A DNA stretch of 64,000 nucleotides from Thalassobaculaceae bacterium (GTDB lineage Bacteria; Pseudomonadota; Alphaproteobacteria; Thalassobaculales; Thalassobaculaceae), in contig OZ245843.1 in the NCBI GenBank assembly GCA_965228875.1, positions 3,268,616 through 3,332,615 of the forward strand. The letters are read 5' to 3'. How positions within the stretch are numbered: the first letter of the stretch is position 1; each line of letters starts with the position of its first letter. The notes beneath the pieces are model-generated. The model was not told the origin of the DNA and did not search any database. It saw only the letters and a program-made list of their open reading frames with translations. The translations under genes were made by a program, and so were the position numbers. Positions 32,421-43,874 of the stretch are shown in pieces.

Positions 32421-33764
32421 ATGACCCTCACCGTCCGTTTCGCGCCGAGTCCGACGGGGCTTCTGCACGTCGGCAACGCCCGCCAGGCGCTGATCAACTG
32501 GCTCTACGCCCGAGCCCATGGCGGGCGGTTCCTGCTGCGCTCGGACGACACCGACACCGAGCGTTCGACCGCCGAGTTCGCGGCGAAGATCGAACGGGAC
32601 CTCGCCTGGCTCGGCCTGGAATGGGACCTGTTCGCCCGCCAGTCCGACCGGCTGGAGCGGTACGCCGCCGCGGTCGAGCGGCTGAAGGCAATGGGTCGGC
32701 TCTACCCCTGCTACGAGACCGCCGAGGAACTGTCCCTCAAGCGCAAGCAGCAGCTCTCCGCCGGCAAGCCTCCCGTCTACGACCGTGCCGCCCTGGCGCT
32801 GACGGACGCGGAGCGGGCGGCGAAGGAAGCCGATGGTATCCGCCCGCACTGGCGCTTCATGCTGGAGCACGAGACCGTCGCCTGGGACGACCTGGTGCGC
32901 GGCGAGAGCCGACAGGACATGGGCTCGCAGTCCGACCCGGTGCTGCTGCGCGCCGACGGGCGGCCGATCTACACGCTGGCTTCGGTGGTCGACGACATCG
33001 AGCTCGGCGTCACCCACATCATCCGCGGCGAGGATCACGTCACCAACTCCGCCGCCCAGATCCAACTGTTCCGCGCGCTCGGCTCCGAGCCGCCGGTGCT
33101 TGGTCACACCTCGCTCATCGTGGCAGCGGATGGCTCCGGCCTGTCCAAGCGGCTCGGCAGCCTCAGCCTGGAGGACCTGCGCGAGACCGAGGGGCTGGAG
33201 GCGATGGCGGTGAACTCCCTGCTCGCCGGCCTCGGGACCAACGAGGTCGTCGCCGCGACCTCCCTGGAACGGCTCGTCGAAAGCTTCGACATCGCGCGCT
33301 ACGGGCGCGCCGCGCCGCGGTTCGATCCGGCGGAGCTGACGCAGATCAACGCCCGGATCCTGCACGAGACCGAGTTCGCGGCCGTCGCCGAGCGGCTGGC
33401 CGGCCTCGGAGTGGACGGCGGCGAGGCGTTCTGGACCGCGATCCGAGGCAACATCGCCAAGCTCGCCGACGCCGTCGAGTGGTGGCGGGTGGTGAACGCG
33501 CCCACGGCGCCGGTTATCTCGGGGGAAGACGCCGGGTTCTGCGCCGCCGCCGCCGACCTGCTGCCGGAGGGAGAACCGACCGCCGAGACCTGGGGCATAT
33601 GGACCGGTGCGGTGAAGGCCGAGACCGGACGCAAGGGCAAGAGCCTGTTCATGCCGCTGCGCAAGGCGCTGACGGCACGCGAGCGTGGACCGGAACTGGG
33701 CGATCTGTTACCACTCCTCGGCCGCGACCGGATCGTTTCCCGGCTGCGCGGCGAAACCGCCTGA
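32421..33764 (+). CDS. gltX: Glutamate--tRNA ligase
   Basis: [22 protein letters not shown]. Confidence 0.95.
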   Translation: MTLTVRFAPSPTGLLHVGNARQALINWLYARAHGGRFLLRSDDTDTERSTAEFAAKIERDLAWLGLEWDLFARQSDRLERYAAAVERLKAMGRLYPCYETAEELSLKRKQQLSAGKPPVYDRAALALTDAERAAKEADGIRPHWRFMLEHETVAWDDLVRGESRQDMGSQSDPVLLRADGRPIYTLASVVDDIELGVTHIIRGEDHVTNSAAQIQLFRALGSEPPVLGHTSLIVAADGSGLSKRLGSLSLEDLRETEGLEAMAVNSLLAGLGTNEVVAATSLERLVESFDIARYGRAAPRFDPAELTQINARILHETEFAAVAERLAGLGVDGGEAFWTAIRGNIAKLADAVEWWRVVNAPTAPVISGEDAGFCAAAADLLPEGEPTAETWGIWTGAVKAETGRKGKSLFMPLRKALTARERGPELGDLLPLLGRDRIVSRLRGETA

Positions 33765-33778
33765 GGAAAGAGGACCCC

Positions 33779-33847
33779 ATGTTCGCGCGCCGCCCGCTCA
33801 CTTCGATCGGCACCGCGTTCTACACGACGGCCGAGGTCTGTCGCTGA
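33779..33847 (+). CDS. Putative 22-aa leader peptide upstream of cysS (MFARRPLTSIGTAFYTTAEVCR)
   Basis: RBS GAAAGAGGA 4 nt before ATG; single Cys (TGT) at penultimate codon; pairs with sequence reaching the cysS SD. Confidence 0.5.
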   Translation: MFARRPLTSIGTAFYTTAEVCR

Positions 33848-33907
33848 TCGCGCCTGCGCATTCCGCGCCCGTGACAGCCTGAAACAGACCTTTCGGAGTC
33901 CCCGACC

Positions 33908-35305
<1,398 letters not shown>

Positions 35306-35356
35306 CGCCCACTCCCCCGTCCGCCCGCCGTCCCGCCCCGGATGACGGCGGGAGGG

Positions 35357-37078
35357 TCAGGCGAGCGTCGTCGCGTCTGCCACCGTATGCACCGCCATGG
35401 GCTCGTCGCGACCACGAATCCCGATATCGCAGGTCGGCTGGCCGGAGAAGTCGATCCCCGACGCCTCCGCCAGCGCCTGCGAGACGATGAGCTGCACGCC
35501 GTGCTCCTTGGTCAGGGCCTCCAGCCGGCTGGCCGTGTTGACCGTGTCGCCGACGGCGGTCACGCCGCGCACCCGGCCGTAGCCCATCTCCCCGACGATC
35601 GCCGGGCCGACATGCAGGCCGATGCCGATGCGCAGCGGCGCGTCCAGGTCTCCGGACAGGGACTCGTTCAGATCGACCAGTCTGCGCGCCATCTCCCGCG
35701 CCGCCGCGACCGCCTGTCGGGCGCCCGCCTCGGGGCCTGCGTCGACACCGAACAGCGCCATGATGCCGTCGCCGACGAACTTGTCGAGGCGCCCGCCGGC
35801 GCCCTCGATCGCCGCCCCCATCTCGGCGAAATACCGGTTGAGGATGAACACCACGTCATAGGGCAGACGCGCCTCGGACAGCGACGTGAAGCCGCGGATG
35901 TCGGCGAACATCACGACGATTTCCAGCTCCCGGCCCTGCAGATAGCTCGGTCCGCCCCGGGTTTCGGCCATCCCGGTATTGTGCGGCGGCAGCAGCGGCG
36001 TGACCTCCAGCCCGTCGACCGCCCGGGTCTGGCAGGCCAGCCTGACGTTCGGCGGCGCGGAGATGCGGCGCAGCACCTTGGCCTCGGCGTCGCCCGGTGT
36101 CGGCAACCCGTTCAGCCCGCGCGAGATCCGCACCCGGCAGGTCGAGCACCGCCCGCGGCCGCCGCAGACCGAGGCGTGCGGGATGCCGTGCATGCGGCTG
36201 ACATCGAGCAGGGTCATGCCCCGGATCGCCGACACCGACCGCCCACCGCCATAGGCGACCCGCAGGCCCCGGCGCCGGCGATGCAGGGCGATCCGGACCC
36301 AGCGGGCGGCGAAGGCGAGAGCGATCACGCCCACGTAGGCGAGCTTGATGCGGTCGAACAGCACCAGCGAGGCGGCGATGGTTTCGCGGTCCGGCAGGTT
36401 GGCCTCACGGGTCGCCAGCTCGATCCAGCCCGGTGTCGCCGCGAGGGCCGCAACCTGCTGGCCGGCGGCCACGAAGCCGGCCAGTGACAGGGCGGGAAGC
36501 AGCACCGCGAACGACAGCAGCCAGGGTCGCGCCCGGTCGTACCAGGGCGCGTAGCGTAGCCACAGGTGCAGGCCGACGCATCCGTGCGCCCAGGCGACCA
36601 GAACGCCCGCCGACTGGTTCACCGCCCCCAGCGGGTCGAAGACCCAGAGATTGACCAGCACCCAGGTATGGTCGTCCTCCAGGCCGTAGAGCTCGTGCAT
36701 CAGCCTGTTGGCCAGCACGTGCTGCAGCAGGAGCAGCGGAATCGCCAGGCCAAGCGCGAGCTGCGCCATCTCGGCGGGCGTCATCGCCCTCAGCGAGTCC
36801 CGGTAGTAGATCGCCCGCAGCGCGATCAGCAGGTGGACGGTCAGGCTGCCATACAGGACGACGGTACCGACCTCGTCGCGCACGACCGACGCAAGAATCT
36901 CGAGCCCGCGGTCCAGCGTCTCGATCGACCACAATCCCGCCACATGATTGGACAAGTGTGCGACGACATAGGCGAACAGAACGAGACCGGAGTACAGCCG
37001 TGCATGCGCCACTGCCGCGGTCCAAGAGACCCGACGACCCGGGCGGTCGCCCGGTCGCTGTACATCGATTGCCGTCAT
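35357..37078 (-). CDS. Membrane-bound class III adenylate cyclase with heme-type TM domain and 2Fe-2S ferredoxin (CyaC-like)
   Basis: His-containing TM helices, CGGRGRCSTC...RLAC ferredoxin, FADIRGFT, DKFVGDG, GDTVNTASRLE. Confidence 0.9.
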   Translation of the reverse strand: MTAIDVQRPGDRPGRRVSWTAAVAHARLYSGLVLFAYVVAHLSNHVAGLWSIETLDRGLEILASVVRDEVGTVVLYGSLTVHLLIALRAIYYRDSLRAMTPAEMAQLALGLAIPLLLLQHVLANRLMHELYGLEDDHTWVLVNLWVFDPLGAVNQSAGVLVAWAHGCVGLHLWLRYAPWYDRARPWLLSFAVLLPALSLAGFVAAGQQVAALAATPGWIELATREANLPDRETIAASLVLFDRIKLAYVGVIALAFAARWVRIALHRRRRGLRVAYGGGRSVSAIRGMTLLDVSRMHGIPHASVCGGRGRCSTCRVRISRGLNGLPTPGDAEAKVLRRISAPPNVRLACQTRAVDGLEVTPLLPPHNTGMAETRGGPSYLQGRELEIVVMFADIRGFTSLSEARLPYDVVFILNRYFAEMGAAIEGAGGRLDKFVGDGIMALFGVDAGPEAGARQAVAAAREMARRLVDLNESLSGDLDAPLRIGIGLHVGPAIVGEMGYGRVRGVTAVGDTVNTASRLEALTKEHGVQLIVSQALAEASGIDFSGQPTCDIGIRGRDEPMAVHTVADATTLA

Positions 37079-37190
37079 GCGCGCTCCCGTTGCTCCTCAA
37101 GTCTAGCCTAATGTCTTGAATTTCGCTGCTGTTTCGGTAAATGACGGGCACCTCTACCGGTTACGTCGCGAGCATCAGATGGACGTCCCC

Positions 37191-37928
37191 ATGACGACAG
37201 CGTTGTCCGTGCGCGGACTGAAAAAGAGTTTCGGGCCCGCGAACGCGCGGAAGACCGCGGTCGACGGCCTCAGTTTCGAGCTGGATCAGGGCGAGGTGCT
37301 CGGCTTTCTCGGCCCGAACGGCGCCGGCAAGTCGACCACGATGAAGATGATCTGCGGTTTCCTGGCGCCGGATGCCGGCACCGCGGTGGTCTGCGGCCAC
37401 GACGTGCTGTCCGACCCGATCGCCGTGAAGAGCGCCATCGGCTACCTGCCGGAGGGGGCGCCGGCGTATCCCGACATGACGGTGCTGGCCTTTCTGGAGT
37501 TCATCGCCGGGATCCGCGGCCATGACGGTGCCGACCGGCACGCCCACGTGGCCGACGCCATGGCCAAGACCCAACTCGAGGACGTCGCCCACCAGCCGAT
37601 CGAGACCCTGTCCAAGGGCTTCAAGCGCCGGGTCGGTCTGGCCCAGGCGCTGCTGCACAATCCGCCGGTGCTGATCCTGGATGAGCCGACCGACGGCCTC
37701 GACCCCAACCAGAAGTTCGAGGTCCGCCGGCTGATCAAGGAGATGGCCGCGACCAAGGCGATCGTGATCTCGACCCATATCCTGGAGGAGGTGGACGCGG
37801 TCTGCACCCGCGCGGTGATCATCGCCCGCGGCCGCATCGTGGCCGACGGCACGCCGGCCGAGCTGCGGTCACGCTCCGCCAGCGGCAATCTCGACGACGT
37901 GTTCCGCGAGGTGACGGCCAATGTCTAA
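37191..37928 (+). CDS. ABC transporter ATP-binding protein (GldA-like)
   Basis: GPNGAGKST, LSKGFKRRVGLAQA, LDEPTDGLDP. Confidence 0.93.
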   Translation: MTTALSVRGLKKSFGPANARKTAVDGLSFELDQGEVLGFLGPNGAGKSTTMKMICGFLAPDAGTAVVCGHDVLSDPIAVKSAIGYLPEGAPAYPDMTVLAFLEFIAGIRGHDGADRHAHVADAMAKTQLEDVAHQPIETLSKGFKRRVGLAQALLHNPPVLILDEPTDGLDPNQKFEVRRLIKEMAATKAIVISTHILEEVDAVCTRAVIIARGRIVADGTPAELRSRSASGNLDDVFREVTANV

Positions 37929-38667
37929 GACCGGGCGCAATGTCTGGCTGGTGACGGTGCGGGAGTTGAAGGCCTATTTCGCCACGCCCCTAGCCTACAT
38001 CTTCATCGTGATCTTCCTGATCCTGGCCGGGACGCTGACTTTCTTCGTCGGCGGCTGGCTCGGCCGCGGACAGGCCGACCTGCAGCCGTTCTTCACCTTC
38101 CACCCCTGGCTCTACCTGTTCCTGGTGCCCGCGCTGTCGATGCGGTTGTGGGCCGAGGAGCGGCGCACCGGCACGATCGAGCTGTTCCTGACCCTGCCGA
38201 TCACCATGATCCAGGCCGTGGTCGCCAAGTTCCTGGCTGCCTGGATCTTCACCGCCATCGCCCTCGGGCTCACCTTCCCGCTGTGGATCACCGTCAATCA
38301 GCTCGGCGACCCGGACAACGGCGTGATCCTCGCCTCCTATATCGGCAGCCTGCTGATGGCCGGCGCCTTCCTGGCGGTCGGGTCGATGATCTCGGCGACG
38401 ACCAAGAATCAGGTGATCGCCTTCGTCGTCACCACGGCGGTGCTGTTCGTCTTCACGCTCGCCGGCTCCAACGTCGTGCTCGACGCGATCCGGGCGTTCC
38501 TGCCCGGCACCGTCGTCGACATCGTCTCCGGCTTCGGCTTCCTGTCCCACTTCCAGTCCATCGCCCGCGGCGTGATCGACCTGCGCGACGCGATCTTCTT
38601 CTCCTCCGTGATCGTGCTGGCGCTGGCCGCCAACGCCCTGATCGTCGACCTGAAGAAGGCGGAGTGA
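37921..38667 (+). CDS. ABC-2 permease (GldF-like)
   Basis: YFATPLAY, MRLWAEERRTGTIE, TKNQVIAF, RGVIDLRD. Confidence 0.9.
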   Translation: MSKTGRNVWLVTVRELKAYFATPLAYIFIVIFLILAGTLTFFVGGWLGRGQADLQPFFTFHPWLYLFLVPALSMRLWAEERRTGTIELFLTLPITMIQAVVAKFLAAWIFTAIALGLTFPLWITVNQLGDPDNGVILASYIGSLLMAGAFLAVGSMISATTKNQVIAFVVTTAVLFVFTLAGSNVVLDAIRAFLPGTVVDIVSGFGFLSHFQSIARGVIDLRDAIFFSSVIVLALAANALIVDLKKAE

Positions 38668-38669
38668 CC

Positions 38670-40643
38670 ATGGCAACCGTCGACACCCCCGCAACCGCTC
38701 CCCGGACCGAGAGCAGTGCCAACCCGGCCGCCCAGGGTCGGCTGACCGGCATCGCGCTGGCGCTGCTGGCCGTCCTGTTCGTGGCGGTCAACGTGCTCGC
38801 GGCCTTCTCGCTCACCAGCTTCCGCATCGACCTCACCCAGGACCGGCTCTACTCGCTGTCGCCGGCGACCATGCGGGTTCTCGAGGCCGTCGAGGAACCG
38901 GTGACCCTGCGGTTCTACTATTCCAAGCGGCTCGGCGCGCAGTACCCGGCCTATGGCGTCTACGCCGACCGGGTCCGCGACATGCTGCAGGAGTACGCCG
39001 ACCGTTCGACCGGCAAGGTGCTGCTGGAGATCTACGATCCCGAGCCCTTCACGCCGGTTGAGGACCGGGCGGTCTCCTTCGGCCTGCAGTCGGTGGCGTT
39101 GGAAGGCGTCGACGGCAACGTGTTCTTCGGCCTGGTCGGCACCAACACCACGGACGACGTCGAAACCGTGGCGTTCTTCCAGCCGGACCGCGAAGCGTTG
39201 CTGGAATACGACATCACAAAGATGATCTACGCCCTGTCGCAGGGCACCCGAGGCAAGGTCGGCCTGATCGGCGACAAGAAGATCACCGCCGACGTGCGCG
39301 TCGGCCAGGGCGGTCGCGCCGAGACCCTGCCGCCGGCGCTGGTGACCCAGCGGATCGAGGAGGTGCTGGAGGTCGAGGAACTCGACAGCGAGATCGAGGT
39401 CATCCCCGACGACATCTCGATCCTGATGGTCGTCCACCCCAAGCGCCTGTCCGAGCGCGCCCGCTTCGCCATCGACCAGTTCATCCTCGGCGGCGGCAAG
39501 GCGGTGATCTTCGTCGATCCCTATTCCGAGACCGATGGCTGGCAGGCGGCCCAGGGTCCGTCCAACGCGGCCGCCAGCGCGCTCAAGGAGATGTTCGCCG
39601 CCTGGGGCCTGGAGACGCCGACCGACAAGGTGGTCGGCGACCGCTTCGCCGGACGCCGGGTCGGCAACGCCACCGGCACCGGCTATGTCACGTACGTGCC
39701 CTGGCTGCTGCTGCGCGGACCGAACCTCGACAAGCAGTCGCCGATCACCGCCCAGGTCGACAGCGTCGCCGTGGCCACGGCCGGTTACCTCAGGCTTGCC
39801 GACGACTCGCCGCTCACCCTCACCCCGCTGCTGACCTCCAGCCCCGGCTCGGCGCTGTTCGACGTCAAGCAGGTGGCGACCCAGCGCCCGGACCCCCAGT
39901 CCCTGCTGAACGCCTACCGCGCGGGCTCGGAGCGGTTCGTCATCGCCGGGATGCTGTCCGGGATCGCGCCGACCGGCTTCCCCGATGGCCAGCCCGAAGC
40001 GGTCGAGGACGGCGACCCGGCCCTGCGTCACGACTTCGAGACGGTGCTGACGGAATCGCGCGGACCGATCGACGTGCTGGTGGTCGCCGACACCGATATC
40101 CTCGACGATCGCTTCTGGGTAACGTTCCAGAACTTCCAGGGCCAGCGGGTGGCCATTCCCGGAGCCGGCAACGGCGATTTCGTGGCCAACGCGCTGGACG
40201 CGATGACCGGCTCCTCGGCGCTGCTGGACCTGCGCGGCCAGGGCACCGCCTACCGGCCGTTCGAAGTCATGGAGAAGCTGAAGCGCGAGGCCGACCGGAC
40301 CTTCCAGGCCAAGGAGGTCGAGCTGCGCCAGACGCTGGAGGACACCCAGAAGAAGCTGCGCGGCCTGCGCGAGCGCGATGCCGTCACCGGCGGGCCGGTG
40401 GCGTTGAGCGACGAGGAGCAGGCGACCATGCGGGACCTGCAGGGTCAGCTCCTGAAGGTGCGCAGCGAACTGCGCGCGGTTCAGGCGTCGCTTCGCGCCG
40501 ATGTGGAGACGCTCGAGCGCGAGCTGCAGTTCGTCAACATCGCCCTGATGCCCATCCTGGTGGCGCTGTTCGCGCTCGGTCTGTCGGTGGTTCGCGCGCG
40601 ACGCCGGCGCCGCCGGTTCGAGACCGCCGATATCGGCGCGTGA
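38670..40643 (+). CDS. GldG-family ABC auxiliary component
   Basis: RIDLTQDRLYSLS, LEYDITKMI, IDQFILGGG..VIFVDP, C-terminal coiled coil and TM helix. Confidence 0.88.
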   Translation: MATVDTPATAPRTESSANPAAQGRLTGIALALLAVLFVAVNVLAAFSLTSFRIDLTQDRLYSLSPATMRVLEAVEEPVTLRFYYSKRLGAQYPAYGVYADRVRDMLQEYADRSTGKVLLEIYDPEPFTPVEDRAVSFGLQSVALEGVDGNVFFGLVGTNTTDDVETVAFFQPDREALLEYDITKMIYALSQGTRGKVGLIGDKKITADVRVGQGGRAETLPPALVTQRIEEVLEVEELDSEIEVIPDDISILMVVHPKRLSERARFAIDQFILGGGKAVIFVDPYSETDGWQAAQGPSNAAASALKEMFAAWGLETPTDKVVGDRFAGRRVGNATGTGYVTYVPWLLLRGPNLDKQSPITAQVDSVAVATAGYLRLADDSPLTLTPLLTSSPGSALFDVKQVATQRPDPQSLLNAYRAGSERFVIAGMLSGIAPTGFPDGQPEAVEDGDPALRHDFETVLTESRGPIDVLVVADTDILDDRFWVTFQNFQGQRVAIPGAGNGDFVANALDAMTGSSALLDLRGQGTAYRPFEVMEKLKREADRTFQAKEVELRQTLEDTQKKLRGLRERDAVTGGPVALSDEEQATMRDLQGQLLKVRSELRAVQASLRADVETLERELQFVNIALMPILVALFALGLSVVRARRRRRRFETADIGA

Positions 40644-40653
40644 GGAGGCCGGC

Positions 40654-41721
40654 ATGATCACCCAACGGACCGTCACCCTTCTCGGAACCCTGACCCTGGT
40701 CACCGCGCTCGGCGCCGGCGTCGCCATGATCGACCGGCTGTCGGAGATCCGCACCGAGGTCGAGGCCGAGACCCTCTATCCCGATTTCGACCGCCGCGCC
40801 GGCGAGGTCCACCAGATCGAGGTCATCCGGGCGGAGGACAACGCGGACGGCACGATCTCCATCGTGCGCACCGGCGACGGCTGGATCCTGCAGCAGCGCG
40901 ACGGCTTCCCGGCGCGTACCGATACGATGCGCAAGCTGCTGTTCGACATCGGACAGCTCGAGCTGATCGAGCGCAAGACCGCCGATCCCGGGCGCTTCGA
41001 CCGGCTGAACCTGCGCGACGTGGCGCAACTCGGGTCCAGATCCACCCGCCTGGTGCTGACCACCGGCGACGGCGAGAAACTGGTCGATCTGCACGTCGGC
41101 AAGCGCCGCGACAGCCTGTCCGGCGGCGACCCCATGGTCTATGTCCGGCGCACCGACGAGACCCAGACCTACCTCGCCGAGGGTGCCCTGGAGATCAAGG
41201 GCAAGGCGCCGCTCTGGCTGTTCCGCGAAATCGTCGACGTGCCCCAGGCGTCGATCCGGCGGGCGACCGTGGCCGTCGGAGACGGCGCGCGCCTCGAGCT
41301 GGAGCGGGTGGCCGACGACCAGCGCGATTTCCGTATCATCAACCTTCCAGAAGGCCGGCGCATCGACTCCCAGTACTCGGTGAACAATGCCGCGACGGTG
41401 TTGGACAAGATGCTGTTCGACGACGTCCGGACGGCCGACGGTCTGACCTTCGACCCGGCCCTGGGCCATGGCGAGTACGTGACCGCCGACGGCGTGATCT
41501 ACACGGTCGAGTTCGCCGAGGACGGCGCGGCCGGCGGCGATCCGGTGCGCTGGATCCGCGTGCGGGTCACCATTCCGGAAGGGGCGCCCGACGCGGTGCG
41601 GGCGCTGGCGGTCCGGCACCGCGACCAGACCGAGGGATGGGCCTACCGGATCTCCGACTGGGAGATGGACCGGCTGACCGCGACTGTCGACGGCCTGACC
41701 AAGCCGGCCGAGGCAAGCTGA
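40654..41721 (+). CDS. DUF4340-like protein
   Basis: N-terminal TM helix, GFPA, RKTADP, YVRRTDETQTY; usual fourth gene of Gld-like ABC operons. Confidence 0.75.
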   Translation: MITQRTVTLLGTLTLVTALGAGVAMIDRLSEIRTEVEAETLYPDFDRRAGEVHQIEVIRAEDNADGTISIVRTGDGWILQQRDGFPARTDTMRKLLFDIGQLELIERKTADPGRFDRLNLRDVAQLGSRSTRLVLTTGDGEKLVDLHVGKRRDSLSGGDPMVYVRRTDETQTYLAEGALEIKGKAPLWLFREIVDVPQASIRRATVAVGDGARLELERVADDQRDFRIINLPEGRRIDSQYSVNNAATVLDKMLFDDVRTADGLTFDPALGHGEYVTADGVIYTVEFAEDGAAGGDPVRWIRVRVTIPEGAPDAVRALAVRHRDQTEGWAYRISDWEMDRLTATVDGLTKPAEAS

Positions 41722-41855
41722 CCGGAGTGAGTTGACCGGAGTGAGCTGACAGGGGCGGGCTTACCTGGGCCGACAAACCGAGCGCCCCGTTGACGCGGTA
41801 TGCGCCGGCCGTTACCTGTGCCGACCAGGATCCGTAGCCTGGATGGCGCCGTCTC

Positions 41856-43874
41856 ATGCTGATTGTCGGACTGAACCTCGCCCACGATGCGGGCGTCTGC
41901 ATCGTGGACGGTGGGCGCGTTCTCGGCCTGTATCAGCGCGAGCGCTTCACCCGGGTCAAGCGCCAGGCCTTCGTGCCGGCGGAGTTCCTGCGGTTCTGCC
42001 TGGGCCGCGCCGGCGTCTCCTGGGCCGATGTCGACGGTGTCGCGGTGACCAGTTCGCAGTCCTGGCCGCTGCTGCTGCTGCAGCCGGACGCGTTCGGCCT
42101 GCGCCACGATCCCACCGCGCTCGAGACCTTCGCGCTGAAGGGGATGACCCCGCGGACAGCCGGCGCGCTGGCCCAGGCGTTCGCCCGGCGGCAGGCCTTC
42201 GCCGACCGGCGCCATAGGGCGTTTCTGGAGGCGTCGCATTCCTATCAGGAATATGTCGGCGACGACCTGGCCGACGACGACGGCCGCTCCGCCGCCATTC
42301 CGTCGATCGACTGGGCGGTCGCCCCGCATAGATGGCAGGACGCCGGGACGACTGCCACGATCCGGACCTTCTGCCGATCGATCCCGCAGACGCTGGACCG
42401 GCACTACGGCTATGCACCGCTGGTCGCCACCCTCGACGGGATCAAGAAACCCGGCCTGTTGGTGACGCACCACCTCAGTCATGCCGCCGCCGCGTTCTAC
42501 CCGAGCGGGCGAGAGACGGCGGCGATCTACACCTTGGACAATGGCGACGGCGCCGATAAGGCCCAAGGCTACAAGGGCGGAATCGTCGCCTACGGCTCCG
42601 GCCGGCGGATCGCGCCGATCGCTCCGACCTACGACTATCACGGACATTTCTACCAGCGCGTCGGCGAGCGGCTGAAGCTCGGTCATGGCGGCGCCGCCGG
42701 CAAGCTGATGGGCCTCGCTCCCTACGGGCGGGCCCGGTTCTTCAGCGACGAGATGGTCGGCACCGGCGCCGAAGTGTTCGGCCACGCCTTCTCGCGCGGC
42801 ACCAAGCGCGACCTGTTTCACGTGCTCGAGAAGCTCGAGACGGTGTTCCTGCACCGCCGTGGCGCCGCCTACCGGGGCACCGCCGCGGTATCGCCGCACC
42901 ACGTCGCCGGCGCCTTCGGGGCGGAGAACGTGACGCTTCCGGGCATCGACCTCGCGATGACCGCCCAGCGGGTGTTCGAAGAGAATTCGCTGCGGTCGCT
43001 GCGGGCCCTGCGCGACGGATTGCTGGATGCCGGGCTCGAAACCCGTGACCTGCTGCTTTCCGGGGGCGGGGCGCTGAACTGTCCGGCGAACAGTCGGATC
43101 TGGGGCGAGGGCCTGTTCGAGAACGTGTTCGTGCCGCCGTACTGCGACGATTCCGGGCTGGCGCTCGGGGCGGCGCTGGCGCTGGCTCACGATATCCTCG
43201 ACCTGCCGCGCCAGCCGATGCCCGCCGACCGGGGCGAGGGCGCCTATCTCGGCCTCGCCTACGACGCCGCCGCCACCGACGCCGCCCTTGCCGCCCGCCG
43301 CGACGCCGTGACCGAGACGCCGGCCGACGGTTCGCCCGCCGAAGCCGCGGCCCGGGACGTCGCCGCCGGCCGCATCGTCGCCTGGTTCGAGGGCCGCAGC
43401 GAGGTCGGACCGCGGGCGCTCGGCCACCGCTCGATCCTGGCCGATCCGCGCGACGCCGCCAAATGGCGCGAGGTCAACCGGGTCAAGAAGCGCGAGTACT
43501 GGCGGCCCTTCGCCCCGGCCGTCCTGGCCGAGAAGGCCAGCCACTGGTTCGCCGGCGCCCCGACCCCCTCGCCCTTCATGCTGTTCAACGCCCAGGTCCG
43601 TTCCCGCGGCCTGCCGGCCATCACCCATGTCGACGGGTCCGCCCGCATTCAGACCGTCGACCCCAGCTGCGGCGGCTTCCGAAAGGTGCTCGAGGCGTTC
43701 GACGCCCTCACCGGCGTGCCGGTGGTGATGAACACCTCCTTCAACGGCCCGGGCGAGCCCATCGTCGAGACCCCGGACGAGGCCCTCGCCTTCCTCGCCA
43801 CCTCCGAAATCGACGCCATCTACATCGACGGCAGACGCTTCACCAGACACGGCGGTTTGACCGGCCCCCGATAG
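41856..43874 (+). CDS. Carbamoyltransferase (NodU/CmcH family), copy 1
   Basis: HDAG, ERFTRVK, HHLSHA, GKLMGLAPYG, SGGGALNC, GRSEVGPRALGHRS, KKREYWRPFAP, HVDGSARIQTV, NTSFN. Confidence 0.95.
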   Translation: MLIVGLNLAHDAGVCIVDGGRVLGLYQRERFTRVKRQAFVPAEFLRFCLGRAGVSWADVDGVAVTSSQSWPLLLLQPDAFGLRHDPTALETFALKGMTPRTAGALAQAFARRQAFADRRHRAFLEASHSYQEYVGDDLADDDGRSAAIPSIDWAVAPHRWQDAGTTATIRTFCRSIPQTLDRHYGYAPLVATLDGIKKPGLLVTHHLSHAAAAFYPSGRETAAIYTLDNGDGADKAQGYKGGIVAYGSGRRIAPIAPTYDYHGHFYQRVGERLKLGHGGAAGKLMGLAPYGRARFFSDEMVGTGAEVFGHAFSRGTKRDLFHVLEKLETVFLHRRGAAYRGTAAVSPHHVAGAFGAENVTLPGIDLAMTAQRVFEENSLRSLRALRDGLLDAGLETRDLLLSGGGALNCPANSRIWGEGLFENVFVPPYCDDSGLALGAALALAHDILDLPRQPMPADRGEGAYLGLAYDAAATDAALAARRDAVTETPADGSPAEAAARDVAAGRIVAWFEGRSEVGPRALGHRSILADPRDAAKWREVNRVKKREYWRPFAPAVLAEKASHWFAGAPTPSPFMLFNAQVRSRGLPAITHVDGSARIQTVDPSCGGFRKVLEAFDALTGVPVVMNTSFNGPGEPIVETPDEALAFLATSEIDAIYIDGRRFTRHGGLTGPR

